DNA of 64,000 nt from Octopus sinensis (GCF_006345805.1 NC_043004.1:57350001-57414000); one strand, 5' to 3'. Shown: positions 1 to 12,943, numbered from the stretch's first letter. The notes: generated by a model from the sequence alone, not told the origin. A program made the numbers and translations.

Positions 1-480
1 ATTGAAGGAGTTCGGAAAACAATATGGAATACAGAAAAATCCAGTAATGACAATTCAGAATGGATAGAGCGCATTCTGTAATTTAAAAAAGCTGATGCAA
101 CTAGACAGAACTATAGCAGAATTTGAGTTAGCAGTAAAGAAACCCAACAAATGTAAACCTCCTGGCAATGAAACTGTGCCAATCTTCTGGTGGTGTTCTC
201 TAGCAGCTACATATGATATACTGCTAAAATTTTATAGCGAAATTATGCAGATCACTGAGAAAAACACTGGTTCTTACAACTGTAAATACCGACTTCTGAT
301 TAACTGTATTATCCTAGAAAGTTGTCGTAGTATTACATTGGGTAATATGCAGATCTGACAATATAAAGACAGAGAAAAGATGATACAACTATCACTCAGA
401 TGCAGAAAGAGAGTACGATGATGTGACAATCCTTCGAGATTTTCTTGTGAACACTGAGAGAATGGTCAAAATCAAACCCT
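1..480 (+). mobile_element. Decayed R4/Dong-like non-LTR retrotransposon RT fragment
   Basis: ORF 95-358 peptide KKPNKCKPPGNETVPIFWWCSLAATYDILLKFYSEIM resembles the NWK(A/S)PGxDxIxNFWxK region at the start of R4/Dong RTs; heavily degenerate. Confidence 0.45.
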
Positions 481-525
481 CGATATAATTGTGAAGAACC
501 GTAAAAATACATGCATTTTAATTTA

Positions 526-1817
526 CGAGGGACGTTCAATAAGTAATGCCTATGACCCACTTGCAGTTGTTTGATCTAGCTGAAATTTTGCATATGCAAT
601 TATTTATATCTCTATAGATTAAGTGGAAAATTACAGCTCTGAGCTAATTGTGGTTTTTGATTTACAGGTGTTTGAACTGAGTCAAGTGTGAAATGGAGCC
701 TGTTGAGTGTCGAACAGTGATCCGGTTTTTGTATTTGAAAGGACGCATACCACAGGAGACTTTTGATGAAATGAAAGTAACTTATGGTGATGATGCCCCA
801 TCATATGACCTTGTAAAACGCTGGCATCGTGAATTCAAACATGGTCGGAACTCTGTGGAAACAGCTCCCAGATCTGGTCACCCCCTTCTGCCATTGATGA
901 GGCATCTGTCCGTCAAGTTGAGGCTGCCATTTTGGAAGATCGATGCATAACTATTCGCCAAATAGCCCATGAGGTCAAGATTAGTACCGGGTCTGTGGAA
1001 ACTATCATTCATGACCATTTGCATATGCAAAAGGTGTCTGCCAGATGGATTCTCAGGCTGCTCACACCTTTCCAGAAGCAAGAACGCGTCGAGTGCTCGA
1101 GGATGAATTTGGAGATGTGCCAAGAAGATGAGTCAAAATTTTTCAAAAGACTGATTACACAGGATGAAACCTGGGTCCATTACTATGATTCAGAGACCAA
1201 AGCCCAGTCAATGCAGTGGAAGCACCGTGACTCACCTCCTCCAAAGAAGGCAAGGGTGCAGTCCTCCGCTGGCAAGGTCATGCTCACAGTCTTCTAGGAC
1301 CAGGACGGAGTAGTGATGACAGATTTCCTGGCAAAGGGTACCACAATTACAGGAGCCTATTATGCTTCACTTTTGAGGTAATTATGAGAAGCTATCAAAA
1401 CCAAGAGGTGGGGCAAGATCAGCAAAGGCATCCTCCTCCTGCAGGACAACGCTCCGGTTCACAACTCACGTGTCGCCAGATCAGAAGCACAGGCGTGCTG
1501 CTATGAACGCCTCCCCCATCCCCTCTACGCTCCTGACCTTGCATCCTCTGATTTTCACCTCTTCCCAGCCATGAAGTTTTTTTTTAAAGGAAAGCATTTC
1601 ACAGATGATGCAGCCTTGATTTCTAAAGTCACGTCGTGGTTGGAGGACCAAGCTGGGGTCTTCTACAAAAACGGTCTCCAGCGCTGCATCAAACGATGGC
1701 AGAAATGCGTAACTCTGGGTGATTCCTATGTAGAAAAAGACTAATAACTGTGCCAAGTTTCGTTGCTCTACTCCTATGGGAAGTGGGTCAGGGGCATTAC
1801 TTATTGAACGCCCCTCG
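526..1817 (+). mobile_element. Full-length (1292 bp) mariner transposon, DD34D, irritans/Hsmar2-like
   Basis: 37-bp TIRs: CGAGGGACGTTCAATAAGTAATGCCTATGACCCACTT (526-562) versus the reverse complement of 1781-1817, 34/37 identical; TA TSD at 524-525 and 1818-1819; encloses a transposase pseudogene. Confidence 0.97.
693..1744 (+). pseudogene. Mariner transposase pseudogene
   Basis: MEPVECRTVIRFLYLKG start, SARWILRLLT (WVPREL-like), TQDETW, LQDNAP, YAPDLASSDFHLF with 34 residues between D2 and D3, ending YVEKD*. One frameshift near 885-932; in-frame stops at 1295, 1379 and 1385. Confidence 0.95.
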
Positions 1818-1845
1818 TACATAATCTGATTCTAGCATCTCCTAA

Positions 1846-2152
1846 GTGAAGGCGCATGGTTTAGTAGCGTTTTCGGCTCACGACTGCAAGGTTGTGAGTT
1901 CAATTCCCGGGGAGGCGTTGTGTCTCTGAGCAAAATACTTTCTTTCCCGTTGCTCCAAACCATTCCGCTGGCAAAAATGAGTATTACCTGTATTTCAAAG
2001 CGCCAGCCTTATCACACACCTTGCCACGTTGAATCTTCCTGAAAACTACTTTAAGCGTTGGCGTTTCTGTGGAGTGCTCAGCCACTTGCACGTTAATTTC
2101 AGGAGCAGGCTGTTCCGTTGATCGGATCAACGTCGTAACCGACGGAGTGTCA
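1846..2152 (+). mobile_element. tRNA-derived SINE, head-1 + body-A type
   Basis: Degenerate A/B boxes (TGGTTTAGTAG, GAGTTCAATTCCC) and the same body and 3' end (GTCGTAACCGACGGAGTG) as the copies at 13705, 25050 and 27721. Confidence 0.85.
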
Positions 2153-2169
2153 GTTAGCATCTATAAGAT

Positions 2170-2480
2170 GCGATAACTGAATGTACTTGAGAGAATGTGA
2201 CATCTTTAGGCCTATACAGTACCGGTGATGGTCGGTACAGTTAGAAGGACAAGAAAAGAAACGGAAAAGTATTTGGAGCAGATTCCCTGGAAAGTCATCT
2301 CTGCAAGACATACAGAAAACTTTTTCTGAGTGGTACAGTATCTGTCTTTAGAAGAACATTATCAATTACTATAACTTGTAAACACATTTAGTGTCTCTTA
2401 TGGTTGAAGATGAAAGCCAGTTGATGGTTAAAGTGAATTTACCAAATTTTGCTTCAGGGATCGGGTTGAACTCGGCAAGA
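2170..2480 (+). mobile_element. R4/Dong-like LINE C-terminal relic
   Basis: Broken frames read EKYLEQIP...SLQDIQK...LSGT...RRTLSI, matching the C-terminal motif seen in the copies at 23142-23255 and 49725-49830. Confidence 0.5.
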
Positions 2481-2514
2481 TATAAGAAAGAAACATAATT
2501 CAAACGAAGTTATA

Positions 2515-2700
2515 CATGACGATGATAATGACGATGTTCATGATGATCATCATCATCCTCATCATCATCATCATAATCATCGCGATGATGATGGTGATGA
2601 TGATGATGTTAATGATTATGATAATGATGATGACGTTGATGAAGTGGAGGACAAGGAGGAGGAGGGTGTAGTTACTACTACACCCTCCTCCTCCTTTAGT
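2515..2700. repeat. (GAT/CAT/GGA)n low-complexity trinucleotide tract
   Basis: Directly visible. Confidence 0.9.
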
Positions 2701-4717
2701 TATGCAATAGAAATGTTTAAAGTACGGCATAGTATCACCATCAAAATATTACATCTGAAAGGGAAAAGTGGAGTAAAATTATAGCGATGTTGAGTAGTAA
2801 AGTGTCAGCGTTGTAAGTTCTAATAAAGCCGGTTTTCTGCTTACGCAAATTATGAACATTTAGGAATTCCCCGACGCAATCAGGTAAATTAAATTCTGAA
2901 CAAGAATCCTCAATTCATATAAAACACGTGCGGCTATTATCTGAGAGAAACACATTACTCAAGTTTGAGACGTGTACATAAGCTTGTATTAGTGCGGGAG
3001 AATGTTTGCATGTACGTGACGAAACGTACTTGCAAATACTAAAAAACATCACACACACACACACACACATAGGTTTGATATTGAAATATTTATGAGTAAG
3101 TGTTAGTTTATTTAAATGCATACATTCACACACACACTTAGCCCAAAGGGGCAAAAGTCTGTATGTGCGTATGTTAGTGTATCTTGATTCCGGTCCAGCA
3201 CACATTCCATTCCAAATCCTCGTTATATTAATCGCGAATACAAAGCATAGACAAGCCAGACTGTAATAGCGTGGAGTCATGTAATATATAATAAAGATTT
3301 ATATCAACATATTTTGAAATGTTTTGACTGTAAGAAAAATCTTTCTTACATAGTTACTTGAAACACGTGTATTAAATGCATTCAAGAGATCAACATTTGA
3401 TTTGTATTGTGACATATGTGTGTAACTGCGTATTATGTGAGTGAGAGAGAGAGATAATCCATATGACGATTACATTCCAATATGCCTTAAAAACATAAAG
3501 CTTCCAATAAACTTCTACAAACTTCTATATTTATTTCTAAAGTTATAGAATCTGTTTTGGCAGTGTGACAAAATGTTTGGAAATGTTTGGGAAGTCAGTG
3601 TAATAAAGACATGCAGTTACATAAAATTGAATTTTGTTATTGATGAAAAGCACAGGACAATGACCACAGATTTATCTCCCCCAAACATAGTGATAACAAT
3701 CATCTTTTGTAGAAATTACAGTCTTTAAAATTGTTATAGAGATACTGGGAGTAGTATTATATGAGAAATCAGACCTTCATAATGTTTATGTCTTACAATA
3801 TTTCTTTGGGTAATTTCATTAGGATTTCTACTCCCACTGCCGTCGAATTTATCAATCATTATTCAGGGTCGATTGTGGTAAGGGGCAGATATATTCTCTT
3901 TCTCCACTCAGCAATGATTGCTCATACCGGAATGGAGAAATATCTAAAAAATATTTTATTTAAATATGGAATTCAGAAATATAATAGTCTAAACTTTGGA
4001 TATTTGAGATTTTATATTTCTAAAGTGAATAGGAGAAAGACGACGCAATCTGCAGAATACAAGAATACAGGAGAAATATTTGCGAAAGAATGAGTGATAA
4101 AATAAAAACGAATTGCTGATAAATATGTTTTCTAATTTAACTTTTGGATTATTTTCAACTCTAGAAAAACTATACAGAATGCAGAACGGTAAAAGAAAAG
4201 TAAATTAAATACCAATAGTGAAAACAATATTGGTATGTGTTCATTAGTATTGATTTATTACACCAGGAAAAAAATCCTTGATAATGTTGATTACAGGCTA
4301 AATTATATAGTGTGACGTCAATGTGTTTCTTGAGTTATTTAGTGACGGCACAGAAGTGAAATAGTTACTGCTGGGATTTATTGTCAGTCAACTTAGTTAC
4401 ATTCGGTGCCGAATTTATTAGCCTTCATTAAAATATCTGTATATTTTAGATTTATGACATGTGTATAAAAGATACGTGTATGAGTACTTATGAATTATTA
4501 AATATATATATATATTAAAAAAAACTCATGAATTATCATTTGGTAGCCTCTTTGCATTTATTTTGTTATCGCATTCGTTAGACTTCCATAAATTATTTAT
4601 ATATTTTCGAGGTAGTTTGTTATATGCAAATTGCTCATGAGACTCTCACAACGTTTTATAATGTTTGATTAATTTTTAAACTGGTTCCCATTTAAACTTC
4701 AGCCATTTTCTATTTAG

Positions 4718-4815
4718 ATGCTCCTTCAAATCAGGCGTTCTTTTAAACAACATGACAGAGAAAGTGAATATCATAAGCCATGAAAACGCTATTGAAAATA
4801 TTACCTGGCCATTCA
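4718..4815 (+). CDS. Candidate internal exon of an unidentified gene
   Basis: Acceptor ccattttctatttag, donor CA|gtaagt; only one frame is open (CSFKSGVLLNNMTEKVNIISHENAIENITWPF); phase-1 end fits 5873-5899. No homology recognised. Confidence 0.25.
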
Positions 4816-5872
4816 GTAAGTCGATATGCGATGCTGCTTCCAACTGCAGTTAACTATAGTTCGTCGTTTCTACAACCGATACACACAGCATAGTGTCTCA
4901 GATGCTATATAATTATGTCATTTCTTCCATCCTCTGAATAAATTATAAATAGAAAGAAGTTTAGTTGATTCTGTACATGCTGTGCGACGGTATATTACTT
5001 CACTGTTATGTATGAATCGTTTAGAGTAACTTCAACACGCTTCCATTTTGTTAATTAATGTTTACGCTTTTATGCACTATTTGGTGTGCATGTTAATTTG
5101 AACGTCTAGTTCCGTGGATAATTCATTTATATTTACGGAATAAATATCGTGAATTATTAGCCCCTGGGTTTACAGATAAATTTCTGGACTGAAATATATT
5201 TGTTATTACTTACAGCTAATTCAAGTTCAGAAACATGTTCCTTCCTTATCAATTTGAAATTTGAAAGTAAAACCAGTGTATGCATACATAAAACTATTCA
5301 TATTACCAGACTTAAGCCAGTGACTGAATCAGTAACAAACTGAGCTTTAGCTGAGGTACATTGAAACTTTATGTTCTCACGCATTCTTAAGTCTATTTCG
5401 CTCTAATTATTTGACCACCTAAACACCACAGGAGTAGTATTGAAAGGAACTAGTCTGATGAAAACTATTTATCTCAATATATTATTGATGTCATATGCGT
5501 ATATTGATCTAATGTATTAGTATGATATATATCGTAACCCTAGTTGCTATATATTTAAGCTTCATTGTTCGTAAAACGCAAATAACTGATATTTATAATG
5601 TCTCACAAGTGGAAATACGCCAAGTTGAATGTTTACCTAAGTTCATATATAAGTGTGTTATTTAGTGGTTAGGATGTTAAATTAACGAGCCTTAGATCGG
5701 TGTTCCAATATTTAGACTGATGAAGCCTACCACAGAATGATATCTCGTTCAATGGTAGCTGGGGTGATATACATTTCATTGCTTGTATGGCATGGAAACA
5801 AAGATAAACACCAGCCTAAGTTTCCAGAGCCTCATTACTTTCCTAAAACTTAACAGCTGTATTTTACTGCAG

Positions 5873-5899
5873 CTTATGTTGCGGATATTATTCCATCTT
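5873..5899 (+). CDS. Candidate 27-nt microexon
   Basis: Acceptor attttactgcag, donor TT|gtaagt, frame-preserving length; reads (T)YVADIIPS if joined to 4718-4815. Confidence 0.25.
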
Positions 5900-6277
5900 G
5901 TAAGTATATTTGCAGAAAGCAATCAAAATACTTTATAAGTTTGGATTGGAACGACACATATTGATATAATGCGTACACTAAATAAAAAGAAATTGATTGT
6001 ACTGGAATATATATGGTCATATATATATATGTGATTGTGTGTGTGTCTGTGTGCGCGAGCGCGTATGTATGTATATAAATGTATGTGTATTTTTTCAATG
6101 TTTACAAATAGCACGGAAGAAATAAATAGTTACCAGGTTAGCAAAAATTCACACAAATACGAAAGATGTAACGGCTTAATTATGAATGTAGAAATTCAGG
6201 TTTTGGTGAAATTTTTTTGCATAATTTAGATAAATAAATAAATGGAGTTGAACGCAGGTGCTATTTAAATCATTATA

Positions 6278-6366
6278 CTTCCGACACATGTTTCGAAGTA
6301 AATATTGGCATTATTGCAGAAGTAATAAAATGATGTAAAAGAATGCAATCTTCTCATCAGGGGAAA
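6278..6366 (-). ncRNA. Type I hammerhead ribozyme, minimal stem III, 51-nt insert in stem II
   Basis: Minus strand: uuccc CUGAUGA GAAG [51 nt containing an AUUGCA/UGCAAU pair] CUUC GAAA CAUGUG UC ggaag. Canonical core; stem III ACAUGUGU is self-complementary with two G-U pairs; predicted cut after GUC between 6283 and 6282. Stem I is weak. Confidence 0.7.
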
Positions 6367-6729
6367 AAGAGAAACAAAACGCATCAATAAGACATTTTAA
6401 CCGATTGTGACATCTGCATATATGATGAAGGGAACGTTATTTTTTAAAGCATACGTTAATATATATAACGTCAAAGGCATGTTATAGAAAGAGAAGCAGG
6501 AGGAAGTAAGAAATTAGCAGAAAATTAAAAGTGGAGAAATATAGTGCAATAGGTGAATGAGAATAAAAGTTAAAGGCATAGAAATAAATATCTTTAGTGG
6601 AAGTGCAATGTTAAAGGTTGAATTTTATAGACTGGTAAAAATCACATATAGGGAATAAAAGTATGTTTTTCCAATGTTTGCAAAGATAAACGCGTTCTCT
6701 AGGCGTGTTTACTAGAGGATTCTCTGAGA

Positions 6730-6919
6730 ATAGGATGAAATACATTTCATCGTTACAAAGCGAACAAAAAGATTTGCTCTCATTGTACAGAAATGTTTTC
6801 GATAAAATATTCCATATAACAGTTTGATTTGGAATGGAATATTTTATCGAAAACATTTCTGTACAATGAGAGCAAAACTTTTTGTTCGCTTTGTAACGAT
6901 GAAATGTATTTCATCCTAT
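6730..6919. repeat. Inverted repeat, 86-bp arms with 1 mismatch, 18-nt spacer
   Basis: 6730-6815 versus the reverse complement of 6834-6919. Confidence 0.95.
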
Positions 6920-6940
6920 ATATATATATATTATATATAT

Positions 6941-6976
<36 letters not shown>

Positions 6977-7187
6977 AGGGGGTCCTGAAAAGCTCCTAGC
7001 TTTAAGGGTGTCGCGAAAAGCCTAGTTGGAGGCCCAACCTTTCGAGTTCTTTTGCATGACTTAGAAAACCTGAAGGACCATTGCAATCAGCGTGTGAATC
7101 TGAGAGGGGAATACGTTGAATAAAATTGTGATTAACTGAGCCTTCTCTGTTTTCTTTTAGCCAAAACCAAGACATTTTCAGCGCTCT
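6977..7187 (+). mobile_element. Internally deleted mariner (MITE-like)
   Basis: Degenerate TIRs (AGGGGGTCCTGAAAAGCTCCTAGCTTT versus the reverse complement of about 7160-7187), TA flanks, and a residual transposase C-terminus LKDHCNQRVNLRGEYVE*. Confidence 0.7.
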
Positions 7188-7340
7188 TATATATTCTGAT
7201 TTGTACTTCATTCTCATAATGCTGAACATGCTTATGGCCTTATGGCATATGCATATTACATATGTTTATATTGCTTGAATGACTTCATGGATAATCATAT
7301 TTTGCTAGGGTAATACTTAGTTAATTATTTCTAGTTTTAG

Positions 7341-7437
7341 CATTTACCCGAATATGAAAGATCCTAGCTAATCCTGTAACACATTATCATTTACCTAAAT
7401 ATGAAAGATCCTAGCTAATCTTGTAACTCATTATCAT
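7341..7437. repeat. 47-bp tandem duplication
   Basis: CATTTACC..AATATGAAAGATCCTAGCTAATC.TGTAAC.CATTAT repeated at 7341 and 7388. Confidence 0.85.
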
Positions 7438-8053
7438 GTTTCTAGTAAGAATTGACATATCTCTGTAATACATGTCCGCATATATTCGTGTACAAGATTC
7501 GATATCTCAATGTATTTCAACATTTATTTTGTGATATAAGATTGTTTAATTCAATGCGTACTATAATGTATACGTAACAGAGATTAACTTCCCTGTGAAT
7601 GTATATAAATATATTTATATTTATTAGTTCCTAGTTTTAAATTTTAAGGAACGTACACGTGATTATTCACGGAAGTTTATGTATGTTTTGAGCAGTCAAG
7701 TATTTATATGTCTTGATTATTTCGAGAATAGCCTTGTCTCTGTCATTTCTGCAAATGTGACTGTATTTTCAATATCCATTTTTTCCATTGCTATTAAGCT
7801 TATCTGCATATTTCCTGCGTATATTGTATGTGCATAGGCATCCACATTCGCTTACGTATAGCAGCATTGATTCATGTTTCTGGATATACATGCTTTTCAA
7901 ATAATATGAGTTCCCCGAAATACAAGTAAAAATATAATTTAATAAATGTAACTGAATTTGAAGGCGGGATCATGTTATTCTTCTGGGTTTGGGATTTATA
8001 TAATTTATTTGAATTAAATCTTCTTGCTATGTTTTGAGGACAGCACATACGCA

Positions 8054-8093
<40 letters not shown>

Positions 8094-8727
8094 TATATAT
8101 ATATATATATATATATATAGATGCATGCATGTATATGTGTGTGTGTATGTATATGAGTGTTTATCATCTATGTATATGTGCGTATATTGTCTCTCCTTTT
8201 ATATTTTACATATGCTTGTGAAATTTTGAGCACACGTCTTATCAATTATATGATAATTTAATATTTTTCTTTTAGAATTGTGAGAGAGATTCTTCCGTTT
8301 CTTTAAGAATACACTCGTATACTTTGTACTAAAATTACACTGGGCAAAGTACAGTAAGTTTTTGGCACCAAAATGGTGGGAGAGTATTTCTGATTCTGCG
8401 GGTTTTGCAGCTAAGTTACGCCATGTCTAAATTGTGATCTTCCTTAAGCAACTGATATGTCTTAACAACCTCATACATTCGCATGAAATAAAAATTGAAT
8501 TCATGCTCAAGAATAATCCAATATATAAATGTGTGTGTGTTTCTTTTTCTATATATGTATGCAAACAGACTTACAGACAAACACAGACACACACATACAT
8601 AAATACCCACACTGCAATGTATTGCTAAGTCATAGCGACACTATTGTCCTGTTTTTAGAAGTCAGTATGCATATACATAATTATAAAACAGAGTTCATTC
8701 CATAATTTCCTGCTCGTTTATCATTTA

Positions 8728-9126
8728 CTAGCAGTATCGCCCGGCGTTGCTCGGGTTTGTAAGGGAAATAACTATATAAGCATTTTTTAGAGATGTAAAG
8801 TATAATAGCCATCTCAAAATGGCTAACCACAAAGGTGGGGTGTTACTGTAGCTTTTTACGTTCTGAGATTTAATAATAAATTTTTAAAGAGTTACTTCCC
8901 TTATATAATAGCGAAAAAAAATGCATTAAATAATGGGAAAAACTGATGGTAATTTTTTTTTAAAATCGTAAACTCATCGTAGACGCGCGCTAATACCCAT
9001 AAGGGCTCGATATGAATTACGACTATAAGATACCCGGTTTTGGTTAAACTGCACCGCAAAATGTTGGAGTAGTTAGGAATCTAAATCGTAGGAGACAGCA
9101 CACAACCTCACTTTTATATATAAAGA
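8728..9126 (-). mobile_element. Non-autonomous Helitron (399 bp)
   Basis: Minus strand begins A|TC (TCTTTATATATAAAAGTG), ends CTAG|T, has a GC-rich hairpin (+8740-8755) about 10 nt before the end, and no TSD. Confidence 0.85.
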
Positions 9127-10723
9127 TTTGTTAGTGGGTGTGCGCGCGTGGGCATGTGTGCATACTAGCGTACATATACATCACGATGGGAGGGAGAAGG
9201 TAATAAAAAGCTGATTTCACAATGTACTTTCAGAATCTTTTTCTGACATTGTATCTCTTATAATTGAAAGCATAATCATCATTACCTTTCTGTTCTAAAT
9301 ACCTTGATTCGGAGTAATAGAGAAGACCAATATGGCCGATATTTAAATTCAGCTTTGTCGGTATTTCGTAGGTGAACGCAAAGGATTTGGACACGCGTCT
9401 ATTTGAAAGGTTATCATTCCTGGTGGAATTCATTTAATAAATACAATTTATCATATAATCATGATTCTGATAGAGATGTAGCTATGTAAGAAGATAAAAT
9501 ATATTACAAGATATGTCGACATATCTGAACACTATCGTTAAATAATAAGATATGACGATCTATCTGAACAATAACATTAAATGATAAGATCATGAAACAT
9601 AAATGAAAGGTTTGGAGGTTCACAGACGTGTCTAGTCGGCCCCAAATATTTTCAGTTTAATTTTTGAATATCCTTCAAATGAAAGTTATAATTCTACTTG
9701 TTATTACGATCCTAAGCCTGTCGGCAGCGCTTTCAGTTGATGAGAGAAAAAGAAGGAGAAAGAAAAATGGAGAGAGAGAAAGAGAGATAAGCGTCCATGA
9801 CGGAGAATGTAATTGTAACACTTTCAAGCAATTAGTTGAAGGGAATGGGGGAGGAGAGGAAAGAGGGAAAATGCGGATAAGGCTAGGTGTGAGCAAGAAA
9901 GAGAGAAAATAGTGAGAGAGCGTATATAACATATGGTAGGGGGAACCTAATATTTATTACGTGGTAAAAAGAAGTTAGTTGAAGGTAGTGATATAGAGAA
10001 AGTGAGTTAGAAATATAATTTTAGCTGAGGGGTGATGTTCTGATGGTGAGGTTAAAGAAAGGCAAAGAAAGAGGAGTAGAGGGGGAGAGAGGGGGAAGAT
10101 GATGATGGTCATGGTGGTGGTTGTGGTGGAGATGGTGGTGGTGCGTGGATAATAAAAAAATGTATTTTTTCTTTTGATTGAACTACGTTTTTATATCACC
10201 TATCACTAAACGCATGTGCATAAGTGCAATCCCGTGAAATGTTCACGCTTATTTACGTGGCAGATATATGCAATTTAACTAAAGGTTGTATGATATTTAC
10301 GAGGAATTTTGTTTTATTTTCGGTCTTTTTCGGTTTTTGGCAAAAGTGGAAAAATAAGAGTGAATAGTTATTTTATGAGTGCTGTGTCTTATATCAATAA
10401 AATTGTGCATAAAGTATATAAAGTGTATATATAAAGTGCATTAAGTAGTCATCGTATTTCAATTTCTTTCACTTTTCAATGAGAAGCAGATGGGCGACTC
10501 CTTTTCCATACAGACACCATACATGCTACGGTCTCATTTGTAGCAATGAATATTTTTACTGCGATATCCACATTGTTGCAGGGTTAAATTTTATTACAAA
10601 TTTTAAAATGTGGTATATGAATTTATTTTAGAATAATTTAGTTTGCTGCCAGGGTTGTTATTTAAATGTATTTATTTCATCAACAGCAACAGTTAAAAAT
10701 AACATATATATATATATATATAC

Positions 10724-10773
<50 letters not shown>

Positions 10774-10853
10774 TATATATATATACACATACATATATAT
10801 ATACACATACATATATATATATACACATACATACATGTATATATATATATATA

Positions 10854-12405
10854 TAAACTTAGATAAACTTAGATATGTTTCGACCAAAGATTGGTCCAGG
10901 CCATGTCTAACTTAATAGCACCACCTGATAGGATTATTCGAATCCTGTTTAAGTCAAGTTTTGTTCAAGTATTGAGTTCCTGTTGGCTGAGTTGTATCCA
11001 GTTTTGTTCAAGTAGTTAGTTCTTGTTGGGTGAGTTGTATCCAATTATGTGTGGCTTATCTGGTATTCTTTGAAGGAACCTATCCAGACTCTGTTTAAAG
11101 TTGATGGGATCCTTTTCCTCTTTGATCTCCCTCGGGACAATGTTAAATGGGGAAGGGCTAGTTGAGGAAAAGAAATTATGTTGCAGTGTACATGTATGTC
11201 GTGATCTTGAATTGGAGAGGGGACGTATAGCCCGTGGTCCAATTCTTGGATGAACCTTGAAGCTAATGTTTAGGTCGTTTGGGCAAAGTTGGCGGTATAT
11301 TTTCCACATCGTACAAATGATGTACCGCTCACGGCGACGCTAGAGGGAGTAAAGTTTCAGGGCTTTAAGGCGATCCCAATAATCGAGAGCAGCCATGCCT
11401 TCAATTTGTTTAGTGAGTGCCCTCTGGGGTGACTCAATTCTGGAGATGTTTTGTCTTGTGTAAGGAGACCACAGTGGGCAGCAGTATTCAAGTTGTGGCC
11501 GTACAAAGGAGGAAAAAAGTGGTATGATGACACCTTGTTCTCTGGACCGGAAAGTTCTTAAGATCCAGGAACTCATCCTACGAGCTATGCCGACCTTCTT
11601 GTTGATGTGTGCACTCCAACTGAGATCGTCATCAACAATTACACCCAGGTCTCTGATACTGTTAGAGGCTGTGAGCGGTTACCCTGAAGGAAGAGAGTAT
11701 GGTTGTTTTAGTGAGGAATTTCTTCCAAAATGCATCAGCTCAAATTTTCCCTCATTCAGTTGCATTTTCCTTCTGTCTGCCCATTGACTCACAGCATATA
11801 GATCAGATTGGAGTTGAGTTCGGTCTGCTTCTTCATTGAGGATTTGCTGGAGCTTAGTGTCATCAGCAAATATTTTCACTTTGCAGTAATGTACGACACT
11901 GGAAAGGTCGTTTACGTAAATTATGAAGAGTAGCGGACCCAAAACAGTTCCCTGAGGAACACCGCTGGTGACTTTTGCTGGGTTTGAGTGGACTCCATCA
12001 ACTAAAACATGTTGTGTTCTATTCGCTAGGAAATACTTAATCCAGTGTAGAATTTTTCTACGGATTCCAACGTTTGCCAATTTTGAGAGTAGGATGTTAT
12101 GGTCTACCCTGTCGAACGCTTTACTGAAGTCAAGATATATGACGTCAGAGTTCGAACCTGTTCCCAAGGCTTTGAGTACATCTTCAATATGGTGTAAGAG
12201 GTGTGTTAGACAGTCCCTGCCACAGCGAAAGCCATGCTGATTTGCATTTAAGAGTTTGTGGGTCTCCAGGAAGTCGGCTATTCTTGATCTTAACACTCTT
12301 TCAAACACTTTAATGGTGTGGGAGGTGAGTGAGATTGGGCGATATTTGACTGCGAGGGATCTGTTTCCCTGTTTGAAAACCGGGATGACCGAATGGGATA
12401 GAAAC
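10854..12405 (-). mobile_element. 5'-truncated CR1-clade LINE
   Basis: RT motifs [47 protein letters not shown] and RDLGV in one frame; 3' UTR with a GACCAA/TTGGTC stem-loop and (ATCTAAGTTT)2 tail; (TA)n on both sides. Confidence 0.95.
11016..12405 (-). pseudogene. CR1-type ORF2 reverse transcriptase, partial
   Basis: The supplied ORFs 11679-12923, 11340-11576 and 11016-11309 share one frame; internal stops at 11679 and 11340, then a stop at 11016 created within a 43-bp tandem duplication (10958-11043). Confidence 0.92.
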
Positions 12406-12409
12406 TTTA

Positions 12410-12428
12410 TATTATACATATATATATA

Positions 12429-12475
<47 letters not shown>

Positions 12476-12572
12476 TATATATACATATATATATATGTAT
12501 GTATATATATACATATATATGTATGTATATATATATGTATACATACATATATATATATACTACATACATACA

Positions 12573-12612
<40 letters not shown>

Positions 12613-12677
12613 CATACATATATATATATATACATACATATATATATATATACATATATATACATACATATATATAT

Positions 12678-12708
<31 letters not shown>

Positions 12709-12796
12709 GATATATATATATGTACATACATATATATATATATATACATACATATATATATATACATACATAATATATATATATATACATACATAC

Positions 12797-12829
<33 letters not shown>

Positions 12830-12943
12830 CATACATATATATATATATATTATACATACATACATATATATATATAACATACATACATACATACATTATA
12901 TATATATACATACATACATACATATATTATATATATATATACA

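Larger units (their letters stand above)
6245..6919 (-). mobile_element. 5'-truncated Penelope-like element: GIY-YIG C-terminus, pLTR with hammerhead, and inverted terminal duplication
   Basis: Minus ORF 6611-6856 contains WNILSKTFLYNESKSFCSLCNDEMYFIL...LVNTPRERVYLCKHWKNILL, matching the WxIL..CxLCxxEK..LNxRxE..CxH tail of PLE endonucleases; hammerhead downstream; 86-bp inverted arms at the truncation point. Confidence 0.8.

Noticed and set aside
4680-4850. Minus-strand frame LEAASHIDLLNGQVIFSIAFSWLMIFTFSVMLFKR resembling a transmembrane helix
   Set aside because: Upstream in-frame stop with a poor acceptor; it is antisense to the better-supported plus-strand candidate.
9664-9912. Signal-peptide-like MKVIILLVITILSLSAALS followed by basic residues
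   Set aside because: The continuation is GA-rich low complexity, the only nearby donor is weak (gttgat), and another frame looks equally protein-like.
10860-10905. Hairpin plus GAAAC at the CR1 3' end that looked like a hammerhead
   Set aside because: No CUGANGA core (reads CCUGGA) and no stem I or III; better explained as the LINE 3' stem-loop.
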